Position numbers and translations under genes: made by a program. The notes beneath the pieces were generated by a model. That model saw nothing but the letters and a program-made list of their open reading frames with translations. It made no database searches and was not told the origin of the DNA. Below are positions 38,104 to 46,892 of a stretch of 64,000 nucleotides of DNA, piece by piece (within the stretch, counting starts at the first letter, position 1; the number at the start of each line of letters is the position of its first letter). This DNA is from a virus. Lineage: Duplodnaviria > Caudoviricetes. The DNA is taken from IMG/VR virus record IMGVR_UViG_3300045996_002560, positions 1,774-65,773 of that record; one strand, given 5' to 3'.

Positions 38104-38469
38104 CTATTTACCGAACATCAGCCTCATTTGTTGTTGCAATTCATTCTTATTCTGAGGCACCACAACCCCCTCGCGTGGCTTTTCCCCTCCCCCCAACGCC
38201 CGACTTACCACAATGCAGAGTGTCTCATATTCCTGTATGGTCTTGATCTGCTCGTACTGCATCCGCATTTTCATCTTGAAGCGGATGTCTTCCCAGGAAT
38301 TGGACCAGAAAATTTCAGTAAGTCTGGAGGGCACCGTGTCAAATGACCAGCAGATGGATTCAACCTGGGACAGGTTCTCCATCCACTGGGATAGTGCTAC
38401 AGGGCCTTCAGTTTTTCCTCGTTCTTGTCGCTGATCGCCTTTATGCTCACGGCCTGATTGATAAAAAAA
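38104..38469 (-). CDS. Tail assembly chaperone GT extension (-1 frameshift)
   Basis: -1 frame is open from T TTT TTT (38463-38469) through 38104. Confidence 0.75.
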   Translation of the reverse strand, partial: FFYQSGREHKGDQRQERGKTEGPVALSQWMENLSQVESICWSFDTVPSRLTEIFWSNSWEDIRFKMKMRMQYEQIKTIQEYETLCIVVSRALGGGEKPREGVVVPQNKNELQQQMRLMFGK

Positions 38470-38756
38470 TCCAGCACGTGCTCCGAGGCCCAGGCCAGGA
38501 TCGCAACCACGGCCTGCGGGTCGATATCCATTTCATCCATGGAGCGAGCACCGATGATCTTGCCGACCCTGTTGCGATCCTGAAGCAGCGCGGTCAGGAA
38601 GGTGTCACGCATGGTGTGCTCGAAAGGTAGACGGGTCACCGTCTCGGGGTCGCCGACAAGCTTGCAGAGTTCGTTCAGCAGGCCGAACGACATGAACACC
38701 TCAAAACCCGCTCCGTCGAGCGTAGTGAAGGTGAAGTTAGAGGACAGTTTCGCCAC
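38397..38756 (-). CDS. Tail assembly chaperone (gpG-like)
   Basis: Between major tail and tape measure genes; slippery GAT TTT TTT. Confidence 0.8.
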   Translation of the reverse strand: MAKLSSNFTFTTLDGAGFEVFMSFGLLNELCKLVGDPETVTRLPFEHTMRDTFLTALLQDRNRVGKIIGARSMDEMDIDPQAVVAILAWASEHVLDFFINQAVSIKAISDKNEEKLKAL

Positions 38757-38773
38757 GCAACATTCCTTGCCAG

Positions 38774-38809
38774 AAAAGAAAACACGCTCAGGATATGATC
38801 CTGAGCGTG
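38774..38809 (-). terminator. Terminator after major tail gene
   Basis: 12-bp stem CACGCTCAGGAT/ATCCTGAGCGTG plus TTTTCTTTT on minus strand. Confidence 0.8.
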
Positions 38810-38839
38810 CCTAATTGCAAGGTGTTTTCTTCTTATTGA

Positions 38840-39646
38840 TTAAAAGACAGAGTGGATCGCCATCGGACCAGTCGTCACAAAGTCCGAGTAGAAAGTATCG
38901 GTGCTAACGAGATCGTACGGAGTAAACTCGTACGGCAGGTTACCAAAATTATCCGAGTTGAATGCGAGGGTGAAGCCGCGAGTGATGCGGAGCTTCGGGA
39001 TCAGAATAACGATGGGGCGATTGTCCTGGGGAAGGGTCGCAACCACCTTGGCAGAGAAGAACGGCTGCGCCGTCTTCGAACCAACCGCAATACGGTTGAT
39101 GCGGGAAACCAGCGTGGTGGTGATCGGGTAGGCCAGACCGGTCGGCATCGCCGTGCCGGCGGTCAGGGTCAGCGTCACCTGGTTCGTCGAGAAGACGCCA
39201 TCGCTGGCCAGCTTGCCGACATGCACCTTATCACCAGCTGCGTCCTGGACCATGACCCAGTCGCCAGCGTCGTACTCAGGATCGACCGTGGCGTTCGCGA
39301 CAATCGCGGTACCGCCGGTGGTGATCGCGGTCTTCAGCGTCAGCGGCGCCTGCGCATCAGCGCCAGTGGAGCCGTCGAGGCCGAGGCCGTACTTCAGGGT
39401 GCGGGCGTTGAACTCGTAGACTTCCATCGAGCAACGGACCGGGTTGCTGGTCAGAACCGAGTACACGATCGTGTTCTGCACGCCCTGCGTCAGCTCGGTG
39501 TAAGCCGGCTCGGAAGTGGCCTGGAAATTCTTGACGAGGCCAATGCTGTGCTCATCGGGCGTCAGCTTGTACAGATCGTCCTGAGGACCAATCATAACAG
39601 TGGCCGACCCGAGGAGGAATGCGTTCGTTTTGGCTTCACCTGCCAT
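38840..39646 (-). CDS. Major tail (tube) protein
   Basis: Position upstream of chaperones and TMP; own RBS and terminator; beta-rich with inserted domain. Confidence 0.8.
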   Translation of the reverse strand: MAGEAKTNAFLLGSATVMIGPQDDLYKLTPDEHSIGLVKNFQATSEPAYTELTQGVQNTIVYSVLTSNPVRCSMEVYEFNARTLKYGLGLDGSTGADAQAPLTLKTAITTGGTAIVANATVDPEYDAGDWVMVQDAAGDKVHVGKLASDGVFSTNQVTLTLTAGTAMPTGLAYPITTTLVSRINRIAVGSKTAQPFFSAKVVATLPQDNRPIVILIPKLRITRGFTLAFNSDNFGNLPYEFTPYDLVSTDTFYSDFVTTGPMAIHSVF

Positions 39647-39742
39647 AAGTTATTCTCCGATGGAAATGTTGCTTCGTGCTTGATATATAGGTAAGGGGGT
39701 ACCACGTACACAATATTGAAAACTGATGCTTTTTGGTGTACC

Positions 39743-39937
39743 ATGAAAGAAGAAGTCGTTAGACACACCGTATATCTGCCGATGTCGCTGCTTATGCAGC
39801 TGCAAGCAAGGGCAACCATTAACCGCCGGTCTGTTTCCAAGGAAATCGTCGTCCTCATCGAGGATGGGATCGACTACTCCGTCAAGGCCGACCTTGCTGT
39901 TATAGAGGCACAGCGGCGGGGTTTACTAGGAAAGTAG
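39743..39937 (+). CDS. Arc-like ribbon-helix-helix DNA-binding protein
   Basis: TVYLP..L...L..RA..NRRSVSKEIV..IE matches the Arc/Mnt pattern. Confidence 0.8.
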   Translation: MKEEVVRHTVYLPMSLLMQLQARATINRRSVSKEIVVLIEDGIDYSVKADLAVIEAQRRGLLGK

Positions 39938-40346
39938 CCTGGACCATCTGGAGCGCCCTGGTCTCTGACCTACTGACCGGGTGGAGCCCAGTGCCATCAG
40001 CGACCACCATCCAACCCAGATAGTCCGTGGTTGTCGCATCGTAGTATCCGATGATCTTCTCGGGTTGCAACGCCCGATATAGCTGATCCAAAATCATGTA
40101 ATGGCGGAACATGTTTATATCGCGGACCGTCATGACACAGAACGCACACGAGACGATGTGAAAACCTTCGTTCACCTCGCAGGAAAACCCAGACAGTCCA
40201 AGCAGATCAACGTGCGGCAGCTCATTGATGTTGGGGTGAGAGTCAAGATTGATAAACGCAAGGTCCGTCGATAGCTCCTTCTCGACCGCGACAACGATCT
40301 GATCCTGACAGAACTTGATGAGTGAGGACAGGAAATCTTTGACCAT
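39900..40346 (-). CDS. Putative tail completion/terminator protein
   Basis: Size and position before major tail gene. Confidence 0.55.
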   Translation of the reverse strand: MVKDFLSSLIKFCQDQIVVAVEKELSTDLAFINLDSHPNINELPHVDLLGLSGFSCEVNEGFHIVSCAFCVMTVRDINMFRHYMILDQLYRALQPEKIIGYYDATTTDYLGWMVVADGTGLHPVSRSETRALQMVQATFLVNPAAVPL

Positions 40347-41131
40347 TAGGATCTCTGGAGCTGCTTGCTGAGCGACACCGCGCCGCGCCTCTTGACATTA
40401 CGAATAATGGCGTTCGGGATGGCAACATTCAAGTAAAATGACGCCACTGGCTGTATCAATGGACGGTGCGTGCCCGCATTGAACTTAAAACCCTGCAACT
40501 TGTCACCGATTGTATGACCGAACAGCTGACGTTCCATGCGGACATTGGAGTCGAATTTACCGCCGGCAAGGTTGCCCAGATAGGCTCTGATCTTCGGGAA
40601 CACGCTGAACCGGATCTTGCCCAGCAGAACGCTGAGAGGGACAAAGCTCCCGACCAGTTTGGTTGGTGTCTTGAAGGAGACGTAGGTCTTGACACCGCCG
40701 AAAACGGAGATTGCACTCTGCTTCGCCATGAAGCTTTTGAGAGCGCCGGTGTCCTCGAAGAACCGAGAATGTCCCTTGCGCTGGATGGTCTTGAACGAGA
40801 GCGGGCGCCACGTAACGCCCTTGTAAGCCTTGTAATCGATCGAGTTGGTGGAACGCACCAGGAGTGAGTTGAGGACGTTGACTTCCCCGCCGGCATAGCT
40901 AGTCGGAATGGTGAGGACATAAGGTGAGGCGCCGCGGCTTTCGGTGCCGATCAGCTGGTTGGCGATCAGCGGAAACATCTTCATCGCTTCTTTGTTCGCC
41001 GCTGCTTCCAGCTCACGCCGCAGCTTGACGTAGTAGCCGGATTGCAGCTTGACGCTGGCCTGCCCGACCGCTTTGCTCAACACCGACTGGATGAACTTGT
41101 TGGCGCTGAACGCGGACTTAGCCGCGACCAT
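40346..41131 (-). CDS. Putative neck/tail completion protein
   Basis: Basic; W.PLS..T..RKG....DTG.L motif of virion morphogenesis proteins. Confidence 0.6.
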   Translation of the reverse strand: MVAAKSAFSANKFIQSVLSKAVGQASVKLQSGYYVKLRRELEAAANKEAMKMFPLIANQLIGTESRGASPYVLTIPTSYAGGEVNVLNSLLVRSTNSIDYKAYKGVTWRPLSFKTIQRKGHSRFFEDTGALKSFMAKQSAISVFGGVKTYVSFKTPTKLVGSFVPLSVLLGKIRFSVFPKIRAYLGNLAGGKFDSNVRMERQLFGHTIGDKLQGFKFNAGTHRPLIQPVASFYLNVAIPNAIIRNVKRRGAVSLSKQLQRS

Positions 41132-41679
41132 TACTGGGTTTCCACAAAGCTCAAGCCGAGCTGCTTGGTAACGCGCACGACGGGACGACCGCCCAGCCAG
41201 TCACCCTCCTGGACGAAGGCGCCGGTCATGATGCGCGGGCGCTCCTGAGCGATGTGGGTCATCCGATCCACATCCTCGCGCTTGTCGAACTCGATGACAC
41301 ACCACGGGTTGCCCTGGCTATCCATGGTCACTTCCTTGGTCAACCCGGTGAGGGCATCGGCGGTGGTGGTGGCGCGCAGCCACTCCAGCCGCTCCGTCAC
41401 CTCGAACACCCGATGGACCCGGTAGATCGTCTCGTTGCCGTAGTCGGCAGCCAGGGAAGAGCCGACCAGATAGCGCTCATTGGCCTGGTTGAGGAAGATG
41501 TCACGCACGCGCACGAGACATTGCGGGCGCACACTGAGCAACCGTCTCGCTTCGGCGAAGATGAATGCCGGCGGTTCCCGGTCACCCTCGGGGGTGTCCA
41601 GGATGCCGAAGAACTCGAGACCCTCGTCGGTGAGGAACCGGCTCTGGAAGCGGTGGCCGATCGAACCGAGATTAGGCAT
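41131..41679 (-). CDS. Putative head closure protein
   Basis: Position in head-tail connector block. Confidence 0.5.
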   Translation of the reverse strand: MPNLGSIGHRFQSRFLTDEGLEFFGILDTPEGDREPPAFIFAEARRLLSVRPQCLVRVRDIFLNQANERYLVGSSLAADYGNETIYRVHRVFEVTERLEWLRATTTADALTGLTKEVTMDSQGNPWCVIEFDKREDVDRMTHIAQERPRIMTGAFVQEGDWLGGRPVVRVTKQLGLSFVETQ

Positions 41680-42388
41680 TGGTGAACGGATCAATCTGGG
41701 TGGAGAGCAGGAAAATCTCAGACTGCACCACGGTGGTGCCGGCCAGTATCGCCACGAGAGCGCCGAACCGATCAGCGGTCGCCTGCCTCAGCTTGTCGAG
41801 AGTGAGTTTGCTCAGCCGGGCATATTCCTTCTCGCCATTGGTCTCGCTCTGCACGATCCTGAGTTCCAGGGAGGGGAACAGATCCAGCACGGTCTTGTAG
41901 AGCACCAGGTCGTTCGCCCGGACCGCGGCGATGCCGCCCGAGGTCAGCGCCGTGCTCAGCACACTGGCGCCAACCAGCTCTGCCAGCTCCAGATATGACT
42001 TGGTGAGATCGATCTCGTTGTCGGGCAGCTCCTGGGGGTTCACGCCCAGATAGTCGCGAACGTCCCTAGGCTCGATCCAATGGGGCTGATATTCGGTGAG
42101 CCGCACGTGATAACTGCGGGTCCACTGGTTTCCCAGCCGTAGCGCCTTAACGACCAGGGTGCGAACCTCGATCGATGCGGTGATGTCGTTCAGCTCAGCT
42201 GGAACCGTCAGGGTCACGGCCGTGGTCAACGAGCTCGTTGTGATCGGAACGTCGATGTAGTCCTCGATGAGGACGCCATCGTTGCCCCGGATGCTGTAGC
42301 TGGCGCTGCCGTCATCCGGAACGAACGGGTCCAGTCCATCGGTAAAGGCTACCCTGATGGAAACGTCTTCGCCCGCGAGGCCGTACAT
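41672..42388 (-). CDS. Putative head-tail adaptor
   Basis: DVRDYLGV...ELPD motif; position after capsid genes. Confidence 0.6.
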   Translation of the reverse strand: MYGLAGEDVSIRVAFTDGLDPFVPDDGSASYSIRGNDGVLIEDYIDVPITTSSLTTAVTLTVPAELNDITASIEVRTLVVKALRLGNQWTRSYHVRLTEYQPHWIEPRDVRDYLGVNPQELPDNEIDLTKSYLELAELVGASVLSTALTSGGIAAVRANDLVLYKTVLDLFPSLELRIVQSETNGEKEYARLSKLTLDKLRQATADRFGALVAILAGTTVVQSEIFLLSTQIDPFTNA

Positions 42389-42690
42389 TAGCGCGCCTTC
42401 GGCTTCCGCGTGGCCTTGCTGGGCTTCTCAACAGTGGTGAAGGTCGCCTTGAACGACTCGATCGCCAGCTCCTCGTCGCCCTCGCTCTCCTCCCAGAACT
42501 TGGCGAACTCAGCGTCGGTGGCCTCATCGGGCAGCTCAGCCAGGACCCGCAGTTGGCCGTTGGCGCACTGGACTTCAACAAAGCTGGAACGCTCGATGAC
42601 CGTGGGGCGCAGACGCTTCACGTCAACGCCATTCGGACCCAGCAAGGAAAAGGCACCGGTGGTCTCTACAAGCAGCATCAATCTCTCCAA
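42388..42690 (-). CDS. Hypothetical protein
   Basis: TAATG coupling; follows MCP; start uncertain. Confidence 0.6.
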   Translation of the reverse strand: MERLMLLVETTGAFSLLGPNGVDVKRLRPTVIERSSFVEVQCANGQLRVLAELPDEATDAEFAKFWEESEGDEELAIESFKATFTTVEKPSKATRKPKAR

Positions 42691-42722
42691 AGAAAAGAGC
42701 CCGCCCGAAGACGGGCGGGCTC
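42689..42722 (-). terminator. Terminator after major capsid gene
   Basis: GAGCCCGCCCG/CGGGCGGGCTC stem plus TTTTCTTT on minus strand. Confidence 0.85.
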
Positions 42723-42747
42723 AGGTTACACAACCCATCCAGAAGGA

Positions 42748-43935
42748 TTAGGCGCCGAAGTCGTACACCGAGCGGGTGTCACCGAACACCAGACGGTAGC
42801 CAACATTCTCAGTCTTGTAGTAGGTGATCGTCTGGTTGCTGATCGAGGTCTCGCTCTCGTTGATCATCGAGCCCGACTCCACCAGCTCCTCCAGCGTATC
42901 CGCCTTCGAGTAGCCAACCAGCTTGTTCGCCGTCATCGTGCTCGACAGGGCGAAGTTGACAGCGCCGGTCAGGAGCGGAGCGCCACCCAGGGCGAAGCCG
43001 GCGCGACCAACATTGTCGGCCTCGGCGGTCACGCTGGACGACGTGGGCATCCACAGGAGCAGCCACTGGATGTAGGCATCCCAGTTGCCAACCACCGTGT
43101 CGATCGGCAGGCCGAGCTTCGCGCGCGACACCAGCCACATGATCAGAGCGGTGCGGTTGATCGCGCCGTTGGTGGTGCCGGAGACGAAGGACGACTGGTT
43201 CACCTCAGGGGCAGCCGCATGAACGCTATCACCGTTGACCAGCAGGCTGGTGGCAACACTCACCTTGCTGATCTCGATCTCGCGCTGCGAGCGGGCAGCG
43301 TAGGGGGTGAGCAGGTCGATACGAGCGCGACGGGCGAACTCGTAGGTGGTACGGTAGCCCATACCATGCTTCCAGATCCCCACGGTGTTGCCCGAGGTGC
43401 GGATCGACCTAACCGGGATGCGAGCACCCTCGGCAATAGGCTGCGCCACCTTGTAGTCCGCAGCGGCATCGTCAACCACGGTCGAGATCATCTCGACGCC
43501 GTTGATCGTGCGCGAGGAGCCGACAAGAGCCGCCGCCTGCTCAATCTGATCCTGACGGTACGCCCACTTGACCATGTCGTCCACAACCTCGGGGAACATG
43601 GCGCGGGTGCCGGGGAAGGTCTGGAAGGTCTCAGAAGCCGCCTCCATGACCACGCCGTGCTCGAACTGGTTGCGAGTCGGCAGGTTCAGGTAGGCAAGGC
43701 TCGCCTCGAACCCATTGAGGAACTGGCCGTTGTCGACATACTTCTCCTTGGTCTCGGAGAGGCGGGGGTCGATCGCCAGGATGAGGTAATCACGCAGGCC
43801 CAGATTGGCCTCGCGGGCTTCAGCAACCAGCTTCATGCCCGCTTCCGCCGACGCGCCGGGGCTGTTGCTCTTCAAAGCGCCGAGGAGAGTCTCAGGCGAC
43901 TTGCGGTTCTCAGAGATTTGAGTAAGACGGGCCAT
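42748..43935 (-). CDS. Major capsid protein
   Basis: 395 aa; IAEGARIP...K.G.G...TYE HK97-fold-like pattern; followed by terminator. Confidence 0.85.
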   Translation of the reverse strand: MARLTQISENRKSPETLLGALKSNSPGASAEAGMKLVAEAREANLGLRDYLILAIDPRLSETKEKYVDNGQFLNGFEASLAYLNLPTRNQFEHGVVMEAASETFQTFPGTRAMFPEVVDDMVKWAYRQDQIEQAAALVGSSRTINGVEMISTVVDDAAADYKVAQPIAEGARIPVRSIRTSGNTVGIWKHGMGYRTTYEFARRARIDLLTPYAARSQREIEISKVSVATSLLVNGDSVHAAAPEVNQSSFVSGTTNGAINRTALIMWLVSRAKLGLPIDTVVGNWDAYIQWLLLWMPTSSSVTAEADNVGRAGFALGGAPLLTGAVNFALSSTMTANKLVGYSKADTLEELVESGSMINESETSISNQTITYYKTENVGYRLVFGDTRSVYDFGA

Positions 43936-43946
43936 ATTATTTTTCC

Positions 43947-44372
43947 TTAGACCTTGACAACAATTGCGTAGGTGCCGTCGATCTCCGCGACGAAGTTATC
44001 GTTGAGATCGGGGGTGGCGACCGTGGAGACCACGCGGGCCTTCACCTCGCCGGAACCAGCGCCGACCACCGTGCTACCAACCACAACCGCCTCGGCACCG
44101 GTGAGACCGGTCTTGACGGGGAGGCGCTGAAGGAACTTCAGCGAGACGGCGCCGACCTTGATGCCCTCCTGCTCACGATCCTCGAACGTCTCCAGACGCC
44201 CGATGATACGATCGTTGTCAGCAGCGAGCTTGACGGTGTTGGCAGTGGTACCATCCAGCGAAACAGCCTTGCCAACATCAGCGGCGACGATTGCCGAGTT
44301 CAGGAGGAAGGTGAAGTTGAAATCTTCGAGGAAGTAACCACGGAGAGAAACCGGGAAGCCAATGTTAGCCAT
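43947..44372 (-). CDS. Head decoration/cement protein
   Basis: VGKAVSL....TVKLA.D...IIG; immediately upstream of MCP. Confidence 0.7.
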   Translation of the reverse strand: MANIGFPVSLRGYFLEDFNFTFLLNSAIVAADVGKAVSLDGTTANTVKLAADNDRIIGRLETFEDREQEGIKVGAVSLKFLQRLPVKTGLTGAEAVVVGSTVVGAGSGEVKARVVSTVATPDLNDNFVAEIDGTYAIVVKV

Positions 44373-44377
44373 TTGTA

Positions 44378-45493
44378 TTAACCCTTCTTACTGCGATATG
44401 CACTGGCGGTGGTGCTGGTCATGGTGGACTTGAGGTCCGCAGCGGCAACCGCCTTGCCGCCCAGGGGGATGATCGACTTGAGCGCGGCCTGACTGTCCAG
44501 AACCACCTTGATGTGGTCGGCGAGGGAAGCCTCGTTCACGAAGGCCACACCGCTCAGGGGGGCGAACACCTGGGCCTGACCCTTGATGAAACCAGTGGCC
44601 TCGTTCAGTTGGGCCTTCAGCTCGTCAACCGCGGGGTCCTTGGCACCCTTCAGCGCCTCAACCTCAGCCTGCGCAGCGTCAAGAGCGGCCTGAAGCTCCG
44701 TCACCTGAGCCTTCAAGGTGGCCATCTCGTTCTCAGCCAGCTTCAGGGACACCTTGGTGTCCGTAAACTGCACGATCAGGTCGCCAAGCTCAATCGTATC
44801 CGCCATTACATTCATTTCCTTGTTGGACAATCTCAGTATCACACTGCACGGGTCGATACCGGAAGCGGCAAGGCGATGGTTGTTGTCGAATACACTGGTA
44901 GATTTCGAATGTATTCTGGCCTTTTGAGCCCCACCGGTGTTGACCAGGGACAGTTCGGTCCAGCGGTCCAACCCCACCATAACTCCGTGAGTATTACCAA
45001 CACCTAATTGGTGTTCGTTCGCGCAAGTTCCAGAGTAAATGTTATCGAAAGTGCTTTCCCCACCGAAAAAATCCCAACCGCAGTCACTGCACAAGAGCTT
45101 CTCGGAGAGAATGGACACACTAACCTGGTCCACGGTACCACTATCGATCAGCTCAATTTCATCTGTTGCCGACTTCGGCAGGAAAAAAAGCACCCGGAGT
45201 TCCGAAACTCCATTCTTCGTAAACACGTCGCCCGAAAACACGCGCCCTGCGGGCAGGGTGTCGGAGTAGTGCATGACATGCAAGGGCAGGCTTTCCTGAT
45301 TTACCTGCGCTGCCATCGCTTGCAGCACGTCAACTCCAGCAGTAGCCTTCATGAACAGAGGATGACGCTTACGTAGCGGCATCGTGTTCAGAGCAGTAGC
45401 CTCGTAGATCACCAGATCGTCGAGGTTAACATCATCCCCAACGGCAGCCTTCAGTCTGGCAGTTATCTCTGGCGTCTTACTAATCTGCTTCAC
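44378..45493 (-). CDS. Prohead protease / scaffold
   Basis: H...P.GRVF, I.SG....VSV, CSDCG, ELSLV..G; C-terminal coiled coil. Confidence 0.8.
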   Translation of the reverse strand: MKQISKTPEITARLKAAVGDDVNLDDLVIYEATALNTMPLRKRHPLFMKATAGVDVLQAMAAQVNQESLPLHVMHYSDTLPAGRVFSGDVFTKNGVSELRVLFFLPKSATDEIELIDSGTVDQVSVSILSEKLLCSDCGWDFFGGESTFDNIYSGTCANEHQLGVGNTHGVMVGLDRWTELSLVNTGGAQKARIHSKSTSVFDNNHRLAASGIDPCSVILRLSNKEMNVMADTIELGDLIVQFTDTKVSLKLAENEMATLKAQVTELQAALDAAQAEVEALKGAKDPAVDELKAQLNEATGFIKGQAQVFAPLSGVAFVNEASLADHIKVVLDSQAALKSIIPLGGKAVAAADLKSTMTSTTASAYRSKKG

Positions 45494-45555
45494 GGTGTAT
45501 ATTTCATAGTGAATTCTAATAGATCAAGTGGTGTACAGGATGTAAAGTGCGGCGT

Positions 45556-45966
45556 TCATGCAAGTTTTACCGGTGACCGTGCGGTGCTCGGCATCCCTGT
45601 GCGTCTCGGATGGAACACCGGACATTCACCGCGGTCTGACAGCGGGCATTGCAGCTTCTGCAACAGATCAAAGGCACCCTGAAGAGCACTCAATTCCTTC
45701 TCAACTTCCCGAAGGATCTTGGTGTTGTGGTTGACTTCACCACGAAGCGCATAGTTTTCGCCTCTCAGCTCTTCACGCTGTCTTTCCGCCATGTCGTAGA
45801 TGTCGCGAACCGTCTTGTCGCCCAACGCCTCGAGGTCAATCTTGTCCTTCTTACGGGCCACCCGATAGGTGATGAGACCAGCGAAGATGCCACCGATCGT
45901 GGTGGCCAGGGTGCCAGCTAGAGCCAACCCGCCCGGAGAAAACAGAAGTTCAATGGACACGTCCAA
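45556..45966 (-). CDS. N-terminal TM plus coiled-coil protein (holin/antiholin-like)
   Basis: One TM segment, long coiled coil, CP-x5-CP near C-terminus. Confidence 0.55.
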   Translation of the reverse strand: MDVSIELLFSPGGLALAGTLATTIGGIFAGLITYRVARKKDKIDLEALGDKTVRDIYDMAERQREELRGENYALRGEVNHNTKILREVEKELSALQGAFDLLQKLQCPLSDRGECPVFHPRRTGMPSTARSPVKLA

Positions 45967-46447
45967 CCTCCCAGGAAATCAACATCAGGGAGGTCATGCT
46001 TAACGTGGCGAAGGAGCCGTATTGCCACGGAGCCAGTGCGTCAGGAACCGCGGCGGTGGTGAACGTCAAAAAGCTCCAGAACAGAAGCGCCGTCGCCGTA
46101 GCACCGAAGCGCCAGTGACCCCCAAAGCGAAGCGACAGTAGGTGAGCAAGCGCCAGGGATATCAGAGCGGCCGCCCAGACAGGCTGAGGGAGAATGGACA
46201 GCAGCATGTCAAAAACAAGACTTGAGTTACGCTCCATCAAGCCAGGGGTCACCGCCAAGCCGAGCCCCATGGCCAGCGATATGACCCCGAGGCAACACTC
46301 GAACGCAGGGACGCAAAGAATCGCCATCCGGCACAACCGGCACGGCCGCGGGCTGTTGCCCAGGTTCCAGACCGAAAGCAGCGGTCGGAACGTGAAGGCA
46401 ATCGCCGTTCCACCAGCGAGGGACAACAACAATACATACCAGATCAT
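45950..46447 (-). CDS. Multi-TM membrane protein (holin candidate)
   Basis: 4-5 hydrophobic segments; CRLC motif; coupled to both neighbours. Confidence 0.55.
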   Translation of the reverse strand: MIWYVLLLSLAGGTAIAFTFRPLLSVWNLGNSPRPCRLCRMAILCVPAFECCLGVISLAMGLGLAVTPGLMERNSSLVFDMLLSILPQPVWAAALISLALAHLLSLRFGGHWRFGATATALLFWSFLTFTTAAVPDALAPWQYGSFATLSMTSLMLISWEVGRVH

Positions 46448-46797
46448 GTGCTCTCAAACCTTGACCGAGCCCGCCAGAATGCAATAGCCGTCAAGATCGA
46501 GACCAGAGCCATGATGGTGACGATTAACGCGAGGAGATAATATGACCAGGTGCCCACGAACATAGAGAGCACCATTGCGAAGTGTGCCAGCCCACAGGCG
46601 ACCACGAATATTTGGATCAACCGTGTGCGAGAGCGGGTCACGCCCAGCTGCTTGGACGCCAACTGAGTCAGCGACATGGGAATAACCAGATAGGCGATGC
46701 CTGTCAGCACGTGGCCAATGGCCAGCACCCAAACGAGTGCTGGATCGGCGTAGAGACACATAACGTGCGGTGCAAGATCAGCTATGTGGTTCATCAT
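46444..46797 (-). CDS. Stand-alone ETR1-type ethylene/copper-binding domain homolog
   Basis: Three TM helices with PHxxC..P.L.W, IAYLVIP..L, FVVACGLAH, ALVSILTA. Confidence 0.75.
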   Translation of the reverse strand: MMNHIADLAPHVMCLYADPALVWVLAIGHVLTGIAYLVIPMSLTQLASKQLGVTRSRTRLIQIFVVACGLAHFAMVLSMFVGTWSYYLLALIVTIMALVSILTAIAFWRARSRFEST

Positions 46798-46819
46798 TAA
46801 GCCAGTATGTAGTGGCGGT

Positions 46820-46876
46820 TCAATCTAAACCAAGGGTTATAATCAAACGTCTATTGAGCTGCGTGAAGGTGGTCAC
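46820..46876 (-). pseudogene. Remnant of spike-gene start (MTTFTQLNR then unrelated sequence)
   Basis: RBS and first codons match starts at 48878 and 20940; stop after 18 codons. Confidence 0.7.
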
Positions 46877-46886
46877 TTGTTTTCCT
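46865..46886 (-). repeat. 22-bp direct repeat, copy identical to 48867-48888
   Basis: AGGAAAACAAGTGACCACCTTC on minus strand at both sites. Confidence 0.9.
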
Positions 46887-46892
46887 TGAGCA

